Below the pieces are notes generated by a model, which had not been told where the DNA came from, searched no databases, and saw only the letters and a list, made by a program, of their open reading frames with translations. A stretch of DNA of 64,000 nt from assembly GCA_965205655.1 (NCBI GenBank), contig CBDBIJ010000015.1, positions 12,971 through 76,970 on the forward strand. The letters are read 5' to 3'. Positions 19,176-31,958 of this stretch are shown here, in pieces. Every line of letters begins with the position of its first letter. Position 1 is the stretch's first letter. A program made the translations under genes and the position numbers. This DNA comes from Candidatus Latescibacterota bacterium. Its GTDB lineage: Bacteria > Latescibacterota > UBA2968 > UBA8231.

Positions 19176-22100
19176 CTAGTTTCCGCTCACTCGCGCCAGA
19201 TCTGCCTTGTTTGCCTCGAACGCTTCCATCGCCGCGTCGTCCCCACTCAGCCCGGCCTCTCTCGCCCGCTCCAGTGCCAACAGCACCCTCTCGTAGTCCG
19301 TCGGCATCACCTTCAGGAACTTGCCTGCCGTCTCGTCCCAGCTGTCGAGAGCTGCGGCCGCTACATCCGATCCAGTGTACTCGCGATGTCGCTCGACCAT
19401 CCCCTTCACCTCTGCCGATTCATCATCGTCGTCGAGTCGCTGCAACTTGCACATCTGCTGGTTGCAGTGATTGGCAAACTCGCCGCTCTCGTCGAGCACG
19501 TAGGCGATGCCACCCGACATACCGGCGCCGAAATTGCGGCCCGTCGGACCGAGGACAACGACGCGCCCGCCGGTCATGTACTCGCAGCCGTGGTCGCCTA
19601 CCGCTTCGATGACGGCGTCAACGCCGCTGTTGCGCACGCAGAACCGCTCGCCGGCCATGCCGCGGATGTAGGCTTCGCCATTGGTGGCGCCGTAGAAGGA
19701 AACGTTGCCGACGATTATCTCGTCCCGGGGCACGAACGTCGACGAGCGCGGCGGGTACAGGATGAGCTTCCCCCCCGACAGCCCCTTGCCGAAGTAATCA
19801 TTCGCATCGCCTTCAAGCTCGAGCGTCATTCCCGGCGGCACGAAGGCACCGAAGCTCTGGCCGGCCGATCCGGTGAACTTGATGTGAATGGTATCGGCCA
19901 GCAGGCCGTCTGGCCCGTGTCGCTTGGTGATCTCGCCTCCGGTAATGGCGCCCACGACGCGGTTCGTGTTCGAGATTTGCAGCTGCGCCCTCACTTTTTC
20001 GCCCTTTTCGATCGCCGGCTTGCACAGCCCGAGGAGGGTCTCCATATCGAGGGAGCGCTCGAGACCGTGGTCTTGGGGAATCTGACAATAGCGTCCGATC
20101 TCCGCTCCCACCTCGGGCCGGTGCAGGATCTTCGAGAAGTCCAGGCCCTTCGCCTTCCAGTGGTCGGTCTTTCGCGTCCGCAGTATGTCGGTGCGGCCCA
20201 CCATTTCGTTCACTGTGCGGAGACCGAGAGCGGCCATGATCTCGCGCAGATCGCGGGCGATGAAGCGCAGGAAGTTCACCACGTGTTCGGGCTTGCCGGC
20301 GAATTTCTCCCGCAGCTTCGGATTCTGTGATGCCACGCCGACCGGACAGGTGTCCAGATGGCACACCCGCATCATGATGCAGCCCATCGCCACGAGCGCC
20401 GTCGTCGCGAAACCGAACTCTTCGGCGCCGAGCAGTGCGGCGATGGCCACGTCCCGCCCGGTCTTGAGCTGGCCGTCCGTTTCCACCACGATGCGGCTGC
20501 GCAGGTTGTTGAGCACGAGTGTCTGATGAGTGTCGGCCAGGCCCAGCTCCCACGGCAAACCCGCGTGTTTGATGCTCGTCTGTGGTGAGGCGCCGGTGCC
20601 GCCGTCGTGGCCGCTGATCAACACGACATCGGCGTGACCCTTGGCAACGCCAGCCGCGATTGTGCCAACGCCGACCTCGGAGACGAGCTTGACATTGATG
20701 CGCGCATCCTTGTTCGAATTCTTGAGGTCGTGGATGAGCTCGGCCAGATCCTCGATAGAGTAGATGTCGTGATGCGGTGGCGGTGAGATGAGGCCGACGC
20801 CTGGCGTCGATTTCCGGACTTTGGCGATCCAGGGGTAGACCTTCGACCCGGGCAGCTCTCCGCCCTCGCCAGGCTTGGCACCCTGGGCCATCTTGATCTG
20901 CAGTTCCCTGGCGTTGACGAGATAGTGGCTCGTCACTCCGAAGCGACCTGAGGCCACCTGCTTGATGGCGCTGTTGCGCGAGTCTCCGTTCGCATCCAGA
21001 ACGTAGCGCGCCGGGTCCTCACCACCCTCGCCTGTGTTACTCTTGCCGCCCATGCGGTTCATGGCGACGGCGAGGCCTTCGTGCGCCTCCTTGCTGATCG
21101 AGCCGTATGACATGGCACCGCTTTTGAACCGCTTCGTGATTTCTTCAACGGATTCGACCTCGTCGATGGGAACCGTACTCCCTTCGGGGAAATCGAACTC
21201 GAGCATTCCGCGCAGAGTCGCCATCCGCACCGACTGGTCGTCGATCAGCCCGGCATACTCCTTGTAGACTTCGTAGTCGTCGTTCCTGGCCGCCTTTTGC
21301 AGCAGGTGCACGGTCTTCGGGTTGAACAGGTGATACTCGCCGTCGCGGCGCCATTGGTAATCGCCCCCGACCTGAAGCGTGCGGCTATCGCTCTCGATCT
21401 CCGGATAGGCTTCTCGATGACGCATCTGGGCTTCAGTGGCGATGACGTCGAGACCAACGCCTTCGACCCGTGAGTCCGTCCAGGTGAAGTACCTGTCGAT
21501 TACCTCCTGTTTGATTCCCACCGCTTCGAAAATCTGCGCGCCACGGTAGGATTTGAAGGTGGAGATGCCCATCTTCGACATCACCTTCACGATCCCCTTC
21601 ACCACTGCCTTGTTGTAGTTGTCGCCGGCTTCCTCGAATCCCAGTTCCCCCAGCATCCCCTCGCGGATCATGTCCTCGAGAGACTCGTACACCATGTACG
21701 GGTTGATGGCGTTGGCGCCGTATCCCAGCAGCAGGCAGAAATGATGGACCTCTCGTGGCTCGCCCGACTCCACGACGAGGCCGGCTCTCGTTCGCGAGCC
21801 CCGACGGATGAGGTGGTGATGTAATCCCGACGTGGCCAGCAGCGCCGGAATGGGCGCCCACTCATCGTCGAAATCTCTGTCGGACAACACGAGAATGGTC
21901 GCCCCGCTCTCGATGGCCGCGTCAGCGGCGGCGAAGAGCTCCTCCAGGGCCCACACTAGTCCCTTCTCTCCTTCGGACACCTCGAACAACATCGGCAGCA
22001 CATCCGCCCTCAGCCCTGGACGGTCGACGCTTTTCAGCTTTTCCAGCTCCGCATCTTTCAGGATCGGCACGTTCAAGCGGAGCTGGCGACAGCTCTCCTG

Positions 22101-23786
22101 CTTTGGCTCCAGCAGGTTCTGCTCCGAGCCGAGCGTCGTCTCCGTCGCGGTGACGAGCTCTTCGCGGATTGGATCGATCGGTGGGTTTGTCACTTGGGCG
22201 AAGAGCTGTTTGAAGTAGCTGTAGAGCGGCTGGGGTCGATCGGATAGGGCGGCCAGGGCAGCGTCGTTACCCATCGATCCGGTTGGCCAGATGCCGTTTT
22301 TGGCCATCGGTGTAAAATTTACCCGCAGATCTTCGAAGGTGAAGCCGAACACCTGTTGCCGCCGCAGAACCTCCCAGTGGTCTCGCACCACCTTCTCGTG
22401 GGCGACGTCGGGCAGATCCTCGAAGTCGATGAGATGTTCATCCAGCCACTGCCGATAGGGGTGCTCGGTGGCGATCTGATGCTTGAGCTCCTCGTCGGCG
22501 ATGATGCGGCCTTGAGATGTGTCCACCAGAAACATCCGTCCGGGCTGCAGGCGTCCTTTGTGGAGCACCTGTTCCGGAGGCACATCGAGAACACCCACTT
22601 CCGACCCCATGATGACGCGGTCGTCTTTCGTGATGTAATAGCGCGACGGCCGCAGGCCGTTCCTGTCCAACACGGCGCCGACGACCGACCCGTCGGTAAA
22701 GGCGATTGAAGCCGGCCCGTCCCACGGTTCCATGAGGCAGCTGTGATATTCGTAGAACGCCTTCTTCTCGTCTGGCATGCTCTCATGCTTCTCCCACGGC
22801 TCCGGGATCATCATCGTGACCGCGTGCGCCAGGGAGCGGCCCGAGAGGTGCAGGAACTCGAGGGCGTTGTCGAATTTGGCCGAGTCGCTGCCGTCCTCCT
22901 CGATGATCGGAAAGAGCCTGGGCAAGTCATCGCCGAAAAGGTCGGACTGGAACATCGACTGGCGGGTGTACATCCAGTTTTCGTTGCCCCGCAACGTGTT
23001 GATTTCGCCGTTGTGGATGAGGTAGCGATATGGGTGCGCCCGCTCCCAGCTCGGGAAGGTGTTCGTGCTGAATCTGGAGTGGACGAGCGCTATGGCCACT
23101 TCCAGGCGCGGATCGGACAGGTCGGTGAAATACGGCTCCTCCTGGGCCGGAGTGAGCATGCCCTTGTACACGATCGTGCGGTGCGAGAGGCTGGCGACGT
23201 AGAAATACTCGTTCCCTTCGCCCCTAGCACCGCGATGCCGGATGCCGTGACTCGCCCGCTTGCCGATCGTGTACAGCGTGCGCTCGAAGGCCAGGTCATC
23301 GGTGATAGTGGGAGAACGCTCTATGAAGATCTGGCGAATGACCGGCTCGCACGATCTGGCAGTGTCGCCGAGGTCGGCCTCGCCTGTTGGTACCGTGCGC
23401 CAGGTGACGAGGCCCTGTCCCTCCTCATCGACGATCTCCTCGAGCCGCTGCTCGCACGCTCTGCGTTGATGCTCGTCCGGAGGCAGAAAGACCATGCCCA
23501 CGCCGTAGCGGCCCGGCCCGGGAAGGGCCAGATCCTGCTCCTCCTTCAGGACTGCCGCGAAAAAGCGATGCGGCACCTGGATGAGGACGCCGGCACCATC
23601 ACCGGTGTTCGCCTCGCATCCGCGGGCGCCGCGATGATCGAGGTTGCACAGCATCGTCAGCGCATCGCGCAGGATGGCGTGGGACTTGACCCCCTTGATG
23701 TTGGCCACGAAGCCGATGCCACAGGCGTCGTGTTCATTCTTGGGATCGTACAGCCCCTGCTTCTGCGGGTAGCCGCGATAGTTCAT
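19176..23786 (-). CDS. gltB: Glutamate synthase large subunit.
   Basis: 1536 aa. Ntn-amidotransferase N-terminus ([11 protein letters not shown]), then FMN/Fe-S central domain and a GXGXG C-terminal domain. Confidence 0.95.
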   Translation of the reverse strand: MNYRGYPQKQGLYDPKNEHDACGIGFVANIKGVKSHAILRDALTMLCNLDHRGARGCEANTGDGAGVLIQVPHRFFAAVLKEEQDLALPGPGRYGVGMVFLPPDEHQRRACEQRLEEIVDEEGQGLVTWRTVPTGEADLGDTARSCEPVIRQIFIERSPTITDDLAFERTLYTIGKRASHGIRHRGARGEGNEYFYVASLSHRTIVYKGMLTPAQEEPYFTDLSDPRLEVAIALVHSRFSTNTFPSWERAHPYRYLIHNGEINTLRGNENWMYTRQSMFQSDLFGDDLPRLFPIIEEDGSDSAKFDNALEFLHLSGRSLAHAVTMMIPEPWEKHESMPDEKKAFYEYHSCLMEPWDGPASIAFTDGSVVGAVLDRNGLRPSRYYITKDDRVIMGSEVGVLDVPPEQVLHKGRLQPGRMFLVDTSQGRIIADEELKHQIATEHPYRQWLDEHLIDFEDLPDVAHEKVVRDHWEVLRRQQVFGFTFEDLRVNFTPMAKNGIWPTGSMGNDAALAALSDRPQPLYSYFKQLFAQVTNPPIDPIREELVTATETTLGSEQNLLEPKQESCRQLRLNVPILKDAELEKLKSVDRPGLRADVLPMLFEVSEGEKGLVWALEELFAAADAAIESGATILVLSDRDFDDEWAPIPALLATSGLHHHLIRRGSRTRAGLVVESGEPREVHHFCLLLGYGANAINPYMVYESLEDMIREGMLGELGFEEAGDNYNKAVVKGIVKVMSKMGISTFKSYRGAQIFEAVGIKQEVIDRYFTWTDSRVEGVGLDVIATEAQMRHREAYPEIESDSRTLQVGGDYQWRRDGEYHLFNPKTVHLLQKAARNDDYEVYKEYAGLIDDQSVRMATLRGMLEFDFPEGSTVPIDEVESVEEITKRFKSGAMSYGSISKEAHEGLAVAMNRMGGKSNTGEGGEDPARYVLDANGDSRNSAIKQVASGRFGVTSHYLVNARELQIKMAQGAKPGEGGELPGSKVYPWIAKVRKSTPGVGLISPPPHHDIYSIEDLAELIHDLKNSNKDARINVKLVSEVGVGTIAAGVAKGHADVVLISGHDGGTGASPQTSIKHAGLPWELGLADTHQTLVLNNLRSRIVVETDGQLKTGRDVAIAALLGAEEFGFATTALVAMGCIMMRVCHLDTCPVGVASQNPKLREKFAGKPEHVVNFLRFIARDLREIMAALGLRTVNEMVGRTDILRTRKTDHWKAKGLDFSKILHRPEVGAEIGRYCQIPQDHGLERSLDMETLLGLCKPAIEKGEKVRAQLQISNTNRVVGAITGGEITKRHGPDGLLADTIHIKFTGSAGQSFGAFVPPGMTLELEGDANDYFGKGLSGGKLILYPPRSSTFVPRDEIIVGNVSFYGATNGEAYIRGMAGERFCVRNSGVDAVIEAVGDHGCEYMTGGRVVVLGPTGRNFGAGMSGGIAYVLDESGEFANHCNQQMCKLQRLDDDDESAEVKGMVERHREYTGSDVAAAALDSWDETAGKFLKVMPTDYERVLLALERAREAGLSGDDAAMEAFEANKADLARVSGN

Positions 23787-24011
23787 GACTAGGCTGAGGC
23801 GGTGGAATTCGTCATCCGGCCTGGGTAGAGCTCCGAGCTTCCAGGACGGAATTTGTAGGGGGAAATTGAGCGATCAATATACACAGTGCCCGCTACGGTG
23901 TCAATCAAGATTGATCACGAAGTGGAGTCAAAATTTCCAATTCATGCTTGTTATTACCTCAGTTATGGCGTAAATTATCACTTCTGCCGATACAAATGGA
24001 GAATTCAGGAC

Positions 24012-24587
24012 ATGCCAGATTTGGACGATCAGGAGCGGCGCATCGTTCGCGCCTTGATTCGCAACCCACGCTACTCGGATAACAGGATCAGCACCCTGAC
24101 GGGTATCCCCTCCCGCACCGTGAGCCGCAAGCGGGCTCGCCTCGAGAAAAATGAAGTACTGAGGTACTACACCGCCATGGACATGCAGGGCAATGGCACC
24201 TCGAGGTTCAACACCCAGCATATGATCACCATCAAGTTCGAGCTCGGCGTCACCCGTGGTCAGATCGTCGAGGAGATCGGCAGCGAGCCCAATGTTGCCA
24301 ACGTCTTCAGCGAACTCATTCGCGACAGTTTCATAGCCGAAACCGACGGCCATGTCGCGCTCGTCCTCATCATGGAAGGCGAATCCGACAGCGACGTAGC
24401 CGACAACCTCCACGGCAAGATCATTCCCTCGCTCAAAAAGAACCACGGCGACGGGTCTGTCATCGAGCTGCGCACGGTGAGATTGCTCGGCACCATCCGG
24501 CGCGAGCACAACTATCTGCCGATGGTCAATATGGCAGACGCCGTCCTGCGGGCGGATTGGCCGGACGAGGCGATCTTCGTTGGATGA
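24012..24587 (+). CDS. Lrp/AsnC-family transcriptional regulator.
   Basis: Winged HTH (RISTLTGIPSRTVSRKRARLEKNEVL) plus an AsnC-type ligand-binding domain. It is divergent from gltB across a 225-bp AT-rich spacer. The track ORF starts earlier, at 23886. Confidence 0.75.
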   Translation: MPDLDDQERRIVRALIRNPRYSDNRISTLTGIPSRTVSRKRARLEKNEVLRYYTAMDMQGNGTSRFNTQHMITIKFELGVTRGQIVEEIGSEPNVANVFSELIRDSFIAETDGHVALVLIMEGESDSDVADNLHGKIIPSLKKNHGDGSVIELRTVRLLGTIRREHNYLPMVNMADAVLRADWPDEAIFVG

Positions 24588-25092
24588 AGCAGACCCTGCG
24601 GTCTGTTCGAAAGGCTACTTCGCCTCGGCGAAGCGGATCTTTAATGTCACCTGCAGATCCCGGAACAGGGCGTGGACCTCGCCCTGCTCCTTCTCGTCGG
24701 AGTTGAAGCTGGCGAACTCGGATCCAATCGCTGAAGACGGTTTCGTACTCCGTGGCGAGCGCATCCGATGTCCCGGTGAGGGTGAAGTCGAGGTAGTCGA
24801 CATCGAGCCGGCCCACGTTGGCGACGAACTCGATTCTGCCGCTGAGCGTCTCCTCCAGCTCGCCTCTCAAACTCACCAGCCGCACCTGGATCGGCAGCAC
24901 ATCGCCGGGCCGCACCCAGTTTTTCTTAGCCTTCAGGGTGAGGGCGAAGGCTCCGTCGTCGGTGGAGCGGGTAATGCTCGAGTCGGGGTCCGAACATGCG
25001 AACAGCGCCGCCATCGCCCACAGGCACGCGGCGGATGGCAACCAGCGCTTGCGAGTGCGTCGGCCAGACCGGAAGGTCTGCGACCCCATCAT
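24526..25092 (-). CDS. Putative lipoprotein downstream of the secretin. The C-terminal 60 aa look non-native, so there may be a frame problem.
   Basis: Signal peptide plus lipobox (LWAMAALFAC). The alternative frame 24615..24803 gives a more protein-like C-terminus. Confidence 0.4.
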   Translation of the reverse strand: MMGSQTFRSGRRTRKRWLPSAACLWAMAALFACSDPDSSITRSTDDGAFALTLKAKKNWVRPGDVLPIQVRLVSLRGELEETLSGRIEFVANVGRLDVDYLDFTLTGTSDALATEYETVFSDWIRVRQLQLRREGAGRGPRPVPGSAGDIKDPLRRGEVAFRTDRRVCFIQRRSPRPANPPAGRRLPY

Positions 25093-27508
25093 CTGCGACC
25101 TCCCCCGAGCTCCGCCTCGACCTGTCCGACTGTTTGATTGAAGATTCTTTCGAATGCCGGATAATACTGGCTGGGTGCGGTTTCGTAGAACAACTGCGCC
25201 ACGGCCCGGTCGATGAGGTGGTAGCGGCGGGCCATGTCCTCGCGACTGGGAAAGAGCACCTGCAGCCCCGGCTGGAAAGCCTGTAGCGTCAGCGGCAGCT
25301 TGCTGTTGAGCTCGAGGAGCCGTTTGAGAATAAGCGTGTGCTGCAAATGCTGGATGTCGCCATCATTCGCCAGCACGATCGTCCACTGCAAGGGACGCTC
25401 CTCCTCATCCACCGGATTTACCAGGGACAGAAAGGCCGCGAACTCCTGATCTCCCGTCGGCACAATCGTGTCCGTGACGACGGCGGATGGATAGGAGAAG
25501 GGCCTGCCCTGCCGCGGTTCAGAGTGCGCATCGTAAGTCAGCATCACGGCCCGCTCCGGCGCGGCGAGGACGGTTTCGAGCACGTCCGTGAATGATCGGT
25601 CTACGAGATTATCGTCCCCAGTGGCCTCGAAGAAGAATACCTTTTCGAGGTCAATCTCCCTGCCGACATCGAGCTTTGCGACGATATCTCCCAACATCCT
25701 CCGCACCAGCACCTCCTCGCCGGGGATGTTGCCCTCGAGCAGTGTCTGGAATGGCTCCTTGCGCTGCAGCATGACATCCTCTGAAGCCCGGCGCTGCACG
25801 TTGCTGAGCACGTGGCTCTCCTGGATGAACCTGAGGTCCCACACGTCGTCGTCCCTCACCCGGTAGGCATTGCGGAAGAGGGTGTAGTCGAAGCGGTCGA
25901 AAATGTCGGAATCTTTGGGAATGAGATAGCTGAAGCTGCGGGCATCGCGCGGCACGATGTGCGGCGTGATGACGACGATGACTTCGCGGCGCACGATCTC
26001 AACGTGATGACGCGAAAACAGCAGGCCGAGGTATGGAATGCTCGACAGGCCAGGCAACCCCTTCCGCGATTTCTGCTCGTTCGTCGACAGCAGGCCGCCG
26101 ATGATGAACGGCGTACCGTCCGCGACTCGGACGTAGCTCTCCACGAGTCGGTTGTCGACGATGGGCGCCACTTCGACAGACGCGACGGTCGCCTCCGATT
26201 CAGTGGCGATGGAGCTGATGATCGTCTCGATCTGCATCGTCACCTCCGACCGCTTCCGGTCGATGCGGGGCCGCAGATTGAGAACGATGCCGACGGGAAA
26301 ATACTCAATCCCCTTGATCTGGTTCGTCGACGAGGTGGAGACCGCGGTCGTGCGCGTAAACGGAATCTGTCGCCCCACTGGATGCGCGCCTGTCGGTCGT
26401 TGAGCACGAGCACCGAGGGGCTCGACAGGACCTCCGCATCCCCCCTCTCGGTCAGCGCTTCCAGGGTGGCGTTAAAGTTGGTGAAATTCGTGAAGGCGTC
26501 TCTGGAAAAGATGAATGTGCCCAGGCTCTTGCCGCCGGTGGTCCGTTGGAACGAGCCGCTGGCGTGCTTCTTCGATGCAGAGAAATCGACTCCCAGGTCC
26601 TGGAGGTTCGTCGTATTGATCTCGATGACGAGCGCCTCGATGACGATCTGCTGCGCGGCTACGTCGATCTGACTTTGCAACAGATTGACGAGCTCTTCCA
26701 GCTTTTCCGGTTCGTTGCGGTCGTAGACCAGCAGCAGGCGCTCCTCGGGTGCGCCCGCCGTAGTGCTGTGAAGATGTGAGCCACCCAGCATCGGCGCTCC
26801 CTCGAGGCTCTTCGAGGCTTTCGATGAGCTCCTGGCGCTCTTGCGTCCATCGAAGTCCAGCAAGCTCGTCTTTGAAGCGTTCACCACCTTGATGATCTTG
26901 GGAAGCTTCTTGCTCTTTCCCTTCACCGATTCGAAGATCTGCTGGTCCTTCGACTTCGAAGAAAGCGAAAACTCCACCGTGTTGTAGCCCAGGGCCTTGA
27001 GCATCGCCAGGGCGCGGTCCACCTCGATATAGCCGAGCTGGAACATCTCGTAGCCGATGTCGGGCGCTTCGGGACCATAGCTGCCGCGTTTCCGTGAGAT
27101 CCGATCGACATCGTCGACGACCTCGTCGAACACGGCGTCACTCGGTCCGTCGACCTGCGGTGCGAACAGGGCGAAGTCGTAGCCGCCTTCGACTCCTTCG
27201 ATGATGGCGATCTCCATCCAGTCCGAATCTGCTGCAAATTCTCCGCCTTGATGCACGAATACGCGGGAGTCGACGACTCCGCCTCGATCGCCGAGCTTGG
27301 ACCGGTTCCGGTCAGGGGCGCGGTCGTACCCCAGCGGCAGCATGATGCGCACGTCGATGGCGTCCAGGAGCTTTCGTGTCTTGGTGAGCGAGGAATGCGG
27401 AGAAGCGACAAAAACGACTCTGCTCTTCCCGCTGCTGGGGGTTGGGCCGCCAAGCGTTGTGACGAAAAGGGCGATGGTGCAGATACTGAGGTGACGCCGG
27501 TGCTTCAC
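25089..27508 (-). pseudogene. Secretin (GspD/PilQ superfamily) interrupted by a 1-nt frameshift near 26376-26380.
   Basis: Signal peptide, N-terminal domains and a conserved secretin C-terminal domain (GLPGLSSIPYLGLLFS, VIVVITPHIV). The protein reads across the two track ORFs 26240..27508 and 25089..26378, joined as ...NDRQARIQ|VGRQIPFTRT. A single G is missing in a run (ccagtgggg). Confidence 0.75.
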
Positions 27509-27651
27509 GCTCGCTCTCCGTGTGGCCGTATCCTATTCGGACCGACCACGGGATTCAAAGAGTGGGCCCTATGCTCTTGAAAGGGCACATGTTACGCTGC
27601 CTCACCTGCGCTCTCAAGGAATCCCGTGGCGCGCGCGCGCGCACTGCGCCC

Positions 27652-29016
27652 CTATTTCACGAAGAACCTGATGACGAACAAGGCCGAAAGAATCCACAGC
27701 GCAGGGGTGAGCTCGCGCGCCCGGCCGCTCACCGCCCGCAGAAAGGTATAGGCCAGGATACCGGCCACGATCCCCTCCGAGATACTGAAGGCTAGCGGCA
27801 TCGCGGCGATCGTGAGAAACGCGGGAATGGAATCGCGAAAGTCGGCGAAGTCGATCCGCGTCACCGGTTCCATCATAAACACGCCGACGATGACGAGGAC
27901 GGGCGCCGTCGCCGCCGCCGGTACCCAGGCCACGAGAGGGGCGAAAAACAGAGCGAGAAGGAAGAGCAGCCCGGTCGTGACCGAGGTCAGTCCCGTGCGC
28001 CCACCTTCCGCCACTCCGGCGGCACTCTCCACGTAGGTCGTCGTCGTGCTCGTGCCGAACACGGCTCCTGCCGTGGTGGCCAGGGCATCGGCGAGTAGGG
28101 CGCCGCGAACTTTCGGCAGACGGCCCGCGTCGTCCAGCAGGCCGGTCTTGCTCGCCACGCCGACGAGTGTTCCCGTCGTGTCGAACAGATCGACGAAGGT
28201 GAAGGTCAGGATGACAGTCAGGAGTCCGTACGAGGCGACCTCGGCGATGTCGAGGGCGAGAAACGTCTGGCCTAGCCCAGATGGGAGTGCGACGAACTGC
28301 CCTAGGAGGGTGCCCTCCGACTCCGCTTCTACGGGACCGCCTCCGCTCAGACCGAAGATTGCACCGGCGACGGTGGTGATGACGATGCCCCACAGCAGCG
28401 CGCCTCTGACCCTCAAAACGGCCAGCGTCGAGGTTGCGGCCAGCCCGAACAGAGCCAGAATGACGGTCGCGCTCGAGCTTCCCGGCGGCAGCAGGCCAGA
28501 CAACTCCGGATCGGTGAAATAGCGCTCGTTTACCAGGCCGAGGCTACCTGTGGCCGGATTGAAGGCGACTATACCGGCATTCTTGAAGCCGATAAGCGCA
28601 ATGAAGAAGCCGATTCCGACGCTGATGGCGTATTTCAGGCTCACCGGGATGGCATTGACGATCGCTTCCCTCGCTTTGGTCAGGGTGAGGAGGAGGAAGA
28701 TGACGCCGGAGATGAACACTGCCCCCAGTGCTCCCTGCCACGAGATTCCCATCCCGAGAACGACGGTGTAGACGAAAAAGGCGTTCAGGCCCATTCCCGG
28801 CGCGAGCGCGAAAGGGTAGTTCGTCAGAAACGCCATCAGGAAGCTGCCGAGAGCGGCGGCCAGACAGGTGGCCACCATGACGCCGTCTCTGGGCATGCCG
28901 GCATCCGCGAGAATGAGCGGATTGACGGCGATGATGTAGGACATCGTCATGAAGGTGGTCACGCCGGCGCGGACCTCGCGCCGTACCGTCGTGCCGGCCT
29001 CGTCGATGTGGAACAT
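27652..29016 (-). CDS. NCS2-family purine permease (AzgA-like guanine/hypoxanthine permease).
   Basis: About 13 TM helices and conserved NCS2/AzgA motifs. Confidence 0.85.
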   Translation of the reverse strand: MFHIDEAGTTVRREVRAGVTTFMTMSYIIAVNPLILADAGMPRDGVMVATCLAAALGSFLMAFLTNYPFALAPGMGLNAFFVYTVVLGMGISWQGALGAVFISGVIFLLLTLTKAREAIVNAIPVSLKYAISVGIGFFIALIGFKNAGIVAFNPATGSLGLVNERYFTDPELSGLLPPGSSSATVILALFGLAATSTLAVLRVRGALLWGIVITTVAGAIFGLSGGGPVEAESEGTLLGQFVALPSGLGQTFLALDIAEVASYGLLTVILTFTFVDLFDTTGTLVGVASKTGLLDDAGRLPKVRGALLADALATTAGAVFGTSTTTTYVESAAGVAEGGRTGLTSVTTGLLFLLALFFAPLVAWVPAAATAPVLVIVGVFMMEPVTRIDFADFRDSIPAFLTIAAMPLAFSISEGIVAGILAYTFLRAVSGRARELTPALWILSALFVIRFFVK

Positions 29017-29036
29017 TCTAAAAACGTGGAGGGTAC

Positions 29037-30428
<1,392 letters not shown>

Positions 30429-30433
30429 TGGCC

Positions 30434-31855
30434 CTAGCAGCCCGTGGCTAAAGCCCCGTTTGGGAAGATTTGGGGTGGCCTGAGATTCGTGGTGCGAGTT
30501 GCCGCCAATGGCGACGAAAATCGAGCAGTGCCCGAGAGTTGAACCACGGGCGGCGACAAAGCGCGCCAAGGCGCGAAAACCTGAGTGATGAGAGACGAAA
30601 TGAGGGAAAACGCCTCCCTCATACCCCTCGGAGTGCCCGCACCGAAGAGGGTGCGCATGAGGAGGCCGAAATTGCAGCCGCACACGTGAATGACGAGGCG
30701 TTTGAGGATGTTTTGTCGGCCCCGAAGAAACAGCCGTCGCATACCGCCGGTTTCGAACAGATGAGCATACGGGCGTTCGAGCAGCTCGCCGCACTTACGC
30801 CGCAGCGCCTGCCCGCGGTTGCCGCGAATGCGTCGGCGATTGGCATACACCGCCTGTTGTGCTTCCGCTTTGTCCTTCCAATCTCGACGCCCGCGATCCG
30901 GTTCGGAAATGTAGCTGCGAATGGCACTGGCTTTGAGATCGACCAGCACCTCGTTGCTGTGATACCCCTTGTCGGTGACGACTTCCGACAACGGTTTGGG
31001 ATGCAGATGCTTCCTGGCCTCGGGATCCTGCGACACGGCCTCCACGTTCAATTCGGTTCGCACCAGCATCCACGGCAGCGATTCGGTGTCGCCTTCATCG
31101 GCACTCGGCAGACTCACGGCGACGATCGCCTGGGTGTCCATGTCCACCGCCGTCTCCACCTTGTGCGCCAGATGGGTGCGACGATCCTTCGTCTTGGTAA
31201 TGCGGGCATCCGGATCGTGCGGGTGTTCCCAGTCCTTATTGGACGCTTTCTTCGGGCGCTTCTTGTCGATTCTGGCCAGATCCTCTCGCGTTGGCGTCTC
31301 GATGCCCGAGGCCTTGGCCAACTTCGTGAGAAACTCCTCGTAACTTTCGCCCGTGTCCCGGCGCACGATGCTGCGCATGGCGGCGTTGGCATCCAGCGTC
31401 GTGGCGTCGACGCCCAGCGTCTTCCCCTTCAGCAGGTTCGATGTGGCCAGCACTTTCAACACCCACTCGAAGACCTCATGATGCGTCTGGAAGTCGATCA
31501 GCCGGCGCGTGCGAGACACCGTCGAATGATCGGGCGTAGCCTTGTCGAGCTCGTAGCCGAGGAATGCCCGCAACGACAGCGAATCGGCGACGCGCCAGGC
31601 GATCTCACGCTCCGAGTCGATGCCCTCGAAATAGCCGATCATGAGCAGGCGGAAATAGACCCCGGGCGGGATGCCGGGCCGACCGGCGCCCTCGGCGTAA
31701 AACGTCGTGCACCGCTCTTCCACAAACTCGTCGAATCCGTGCTTGTCCAGCACCTCATTCAATCTCTTGTAAAAAGGATGTCCCGGAGCCCTCAGGTGCT
31801 GCGTCGCCACCCACAGCTGAGCTTGGCTCGCGCGCTTCCGTTTTCCCAACGCCAT
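30434..31855 (-). CDS. IS1182/IS5-family DDE transposase.
   Basis: 473 aa, with an N-terminal transposase domain (RLLMIGYFEGIDSEREIAWRVADSL) and a C-terminal DDE region. Confidence 0.75.
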   Translation of the reverse strand: MALGKRKRASQAQLWVATQHLRAPGHPFYKRLNEVLDKHGFDEFVEERCTTFYAEGAGRPGIPPGVYFRLLMIGYFEGIDSEREIAWRVADSLSLRAFLGYELDKATPDHSTVSRTRRLIDFQTHHEVFEWVLKVLATSNLLKGKTLGVDATTLDANAAMRSIVRRDTGESYEEFLTKLAKASGIETPTREDLARIDKKRPKKASNKDWEHPHDPDARITKTKDRRTHLAHKVETAVDMDTQAIVAVSLPSADEGDTESLPWMLVRTELNVEAVSQDPEARKHLHPKPLSEVVTDKGYHSNEVLVDLKASAIRSYISEPDRGRRDWKDKAEAQQAVYANRRRIRGNRGQALRRKCGELLERPYAHLFETGGMRRLFLRGRQNILKRLVIHVCGCNFGLLMRTLFGAGTPRGMREAFSLISSLITQVFAPWRALSPPVVQLSGTARFSSPLAATRTTNLRPPQIFPNGALATGC

Positions 31856-31951
31856 GACAGCATCTCCCCTGCAAGGTTGATGCTCAAAGGTAAGGAGAGG
31901 CTCCTCATCCGCGCCGCAAGAAAATCACCGACTTTCACCACAGGCTGCTAG
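30434..31951 (-). mobile_element. IS1182-like (IS5-superfamily) insertion sequence, about 1.5 kb.
   Basis: Imperfect 21-bp terminal inverted repeats: CTAGCAGCCCGTGGCTAAAG at 30434 versus the reverse complement of CTTTCACCACAGGCTGCTAG ending at 31951. The transposase stop codon lies inside the left repeat. Confidence 0.7.
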
Positions 31952-31958
31952 CCCCTAG

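Noticed and set aside
24526-24803. A possible frameshift in the lipoprotein gene downstream of the secretin (alternative C-terminal frame 24615..24803).
   Set aside because: Both readings are plausible, and I cannot resolve this without homologues. It is kept as a note in the feature entry rather than a separate finding.
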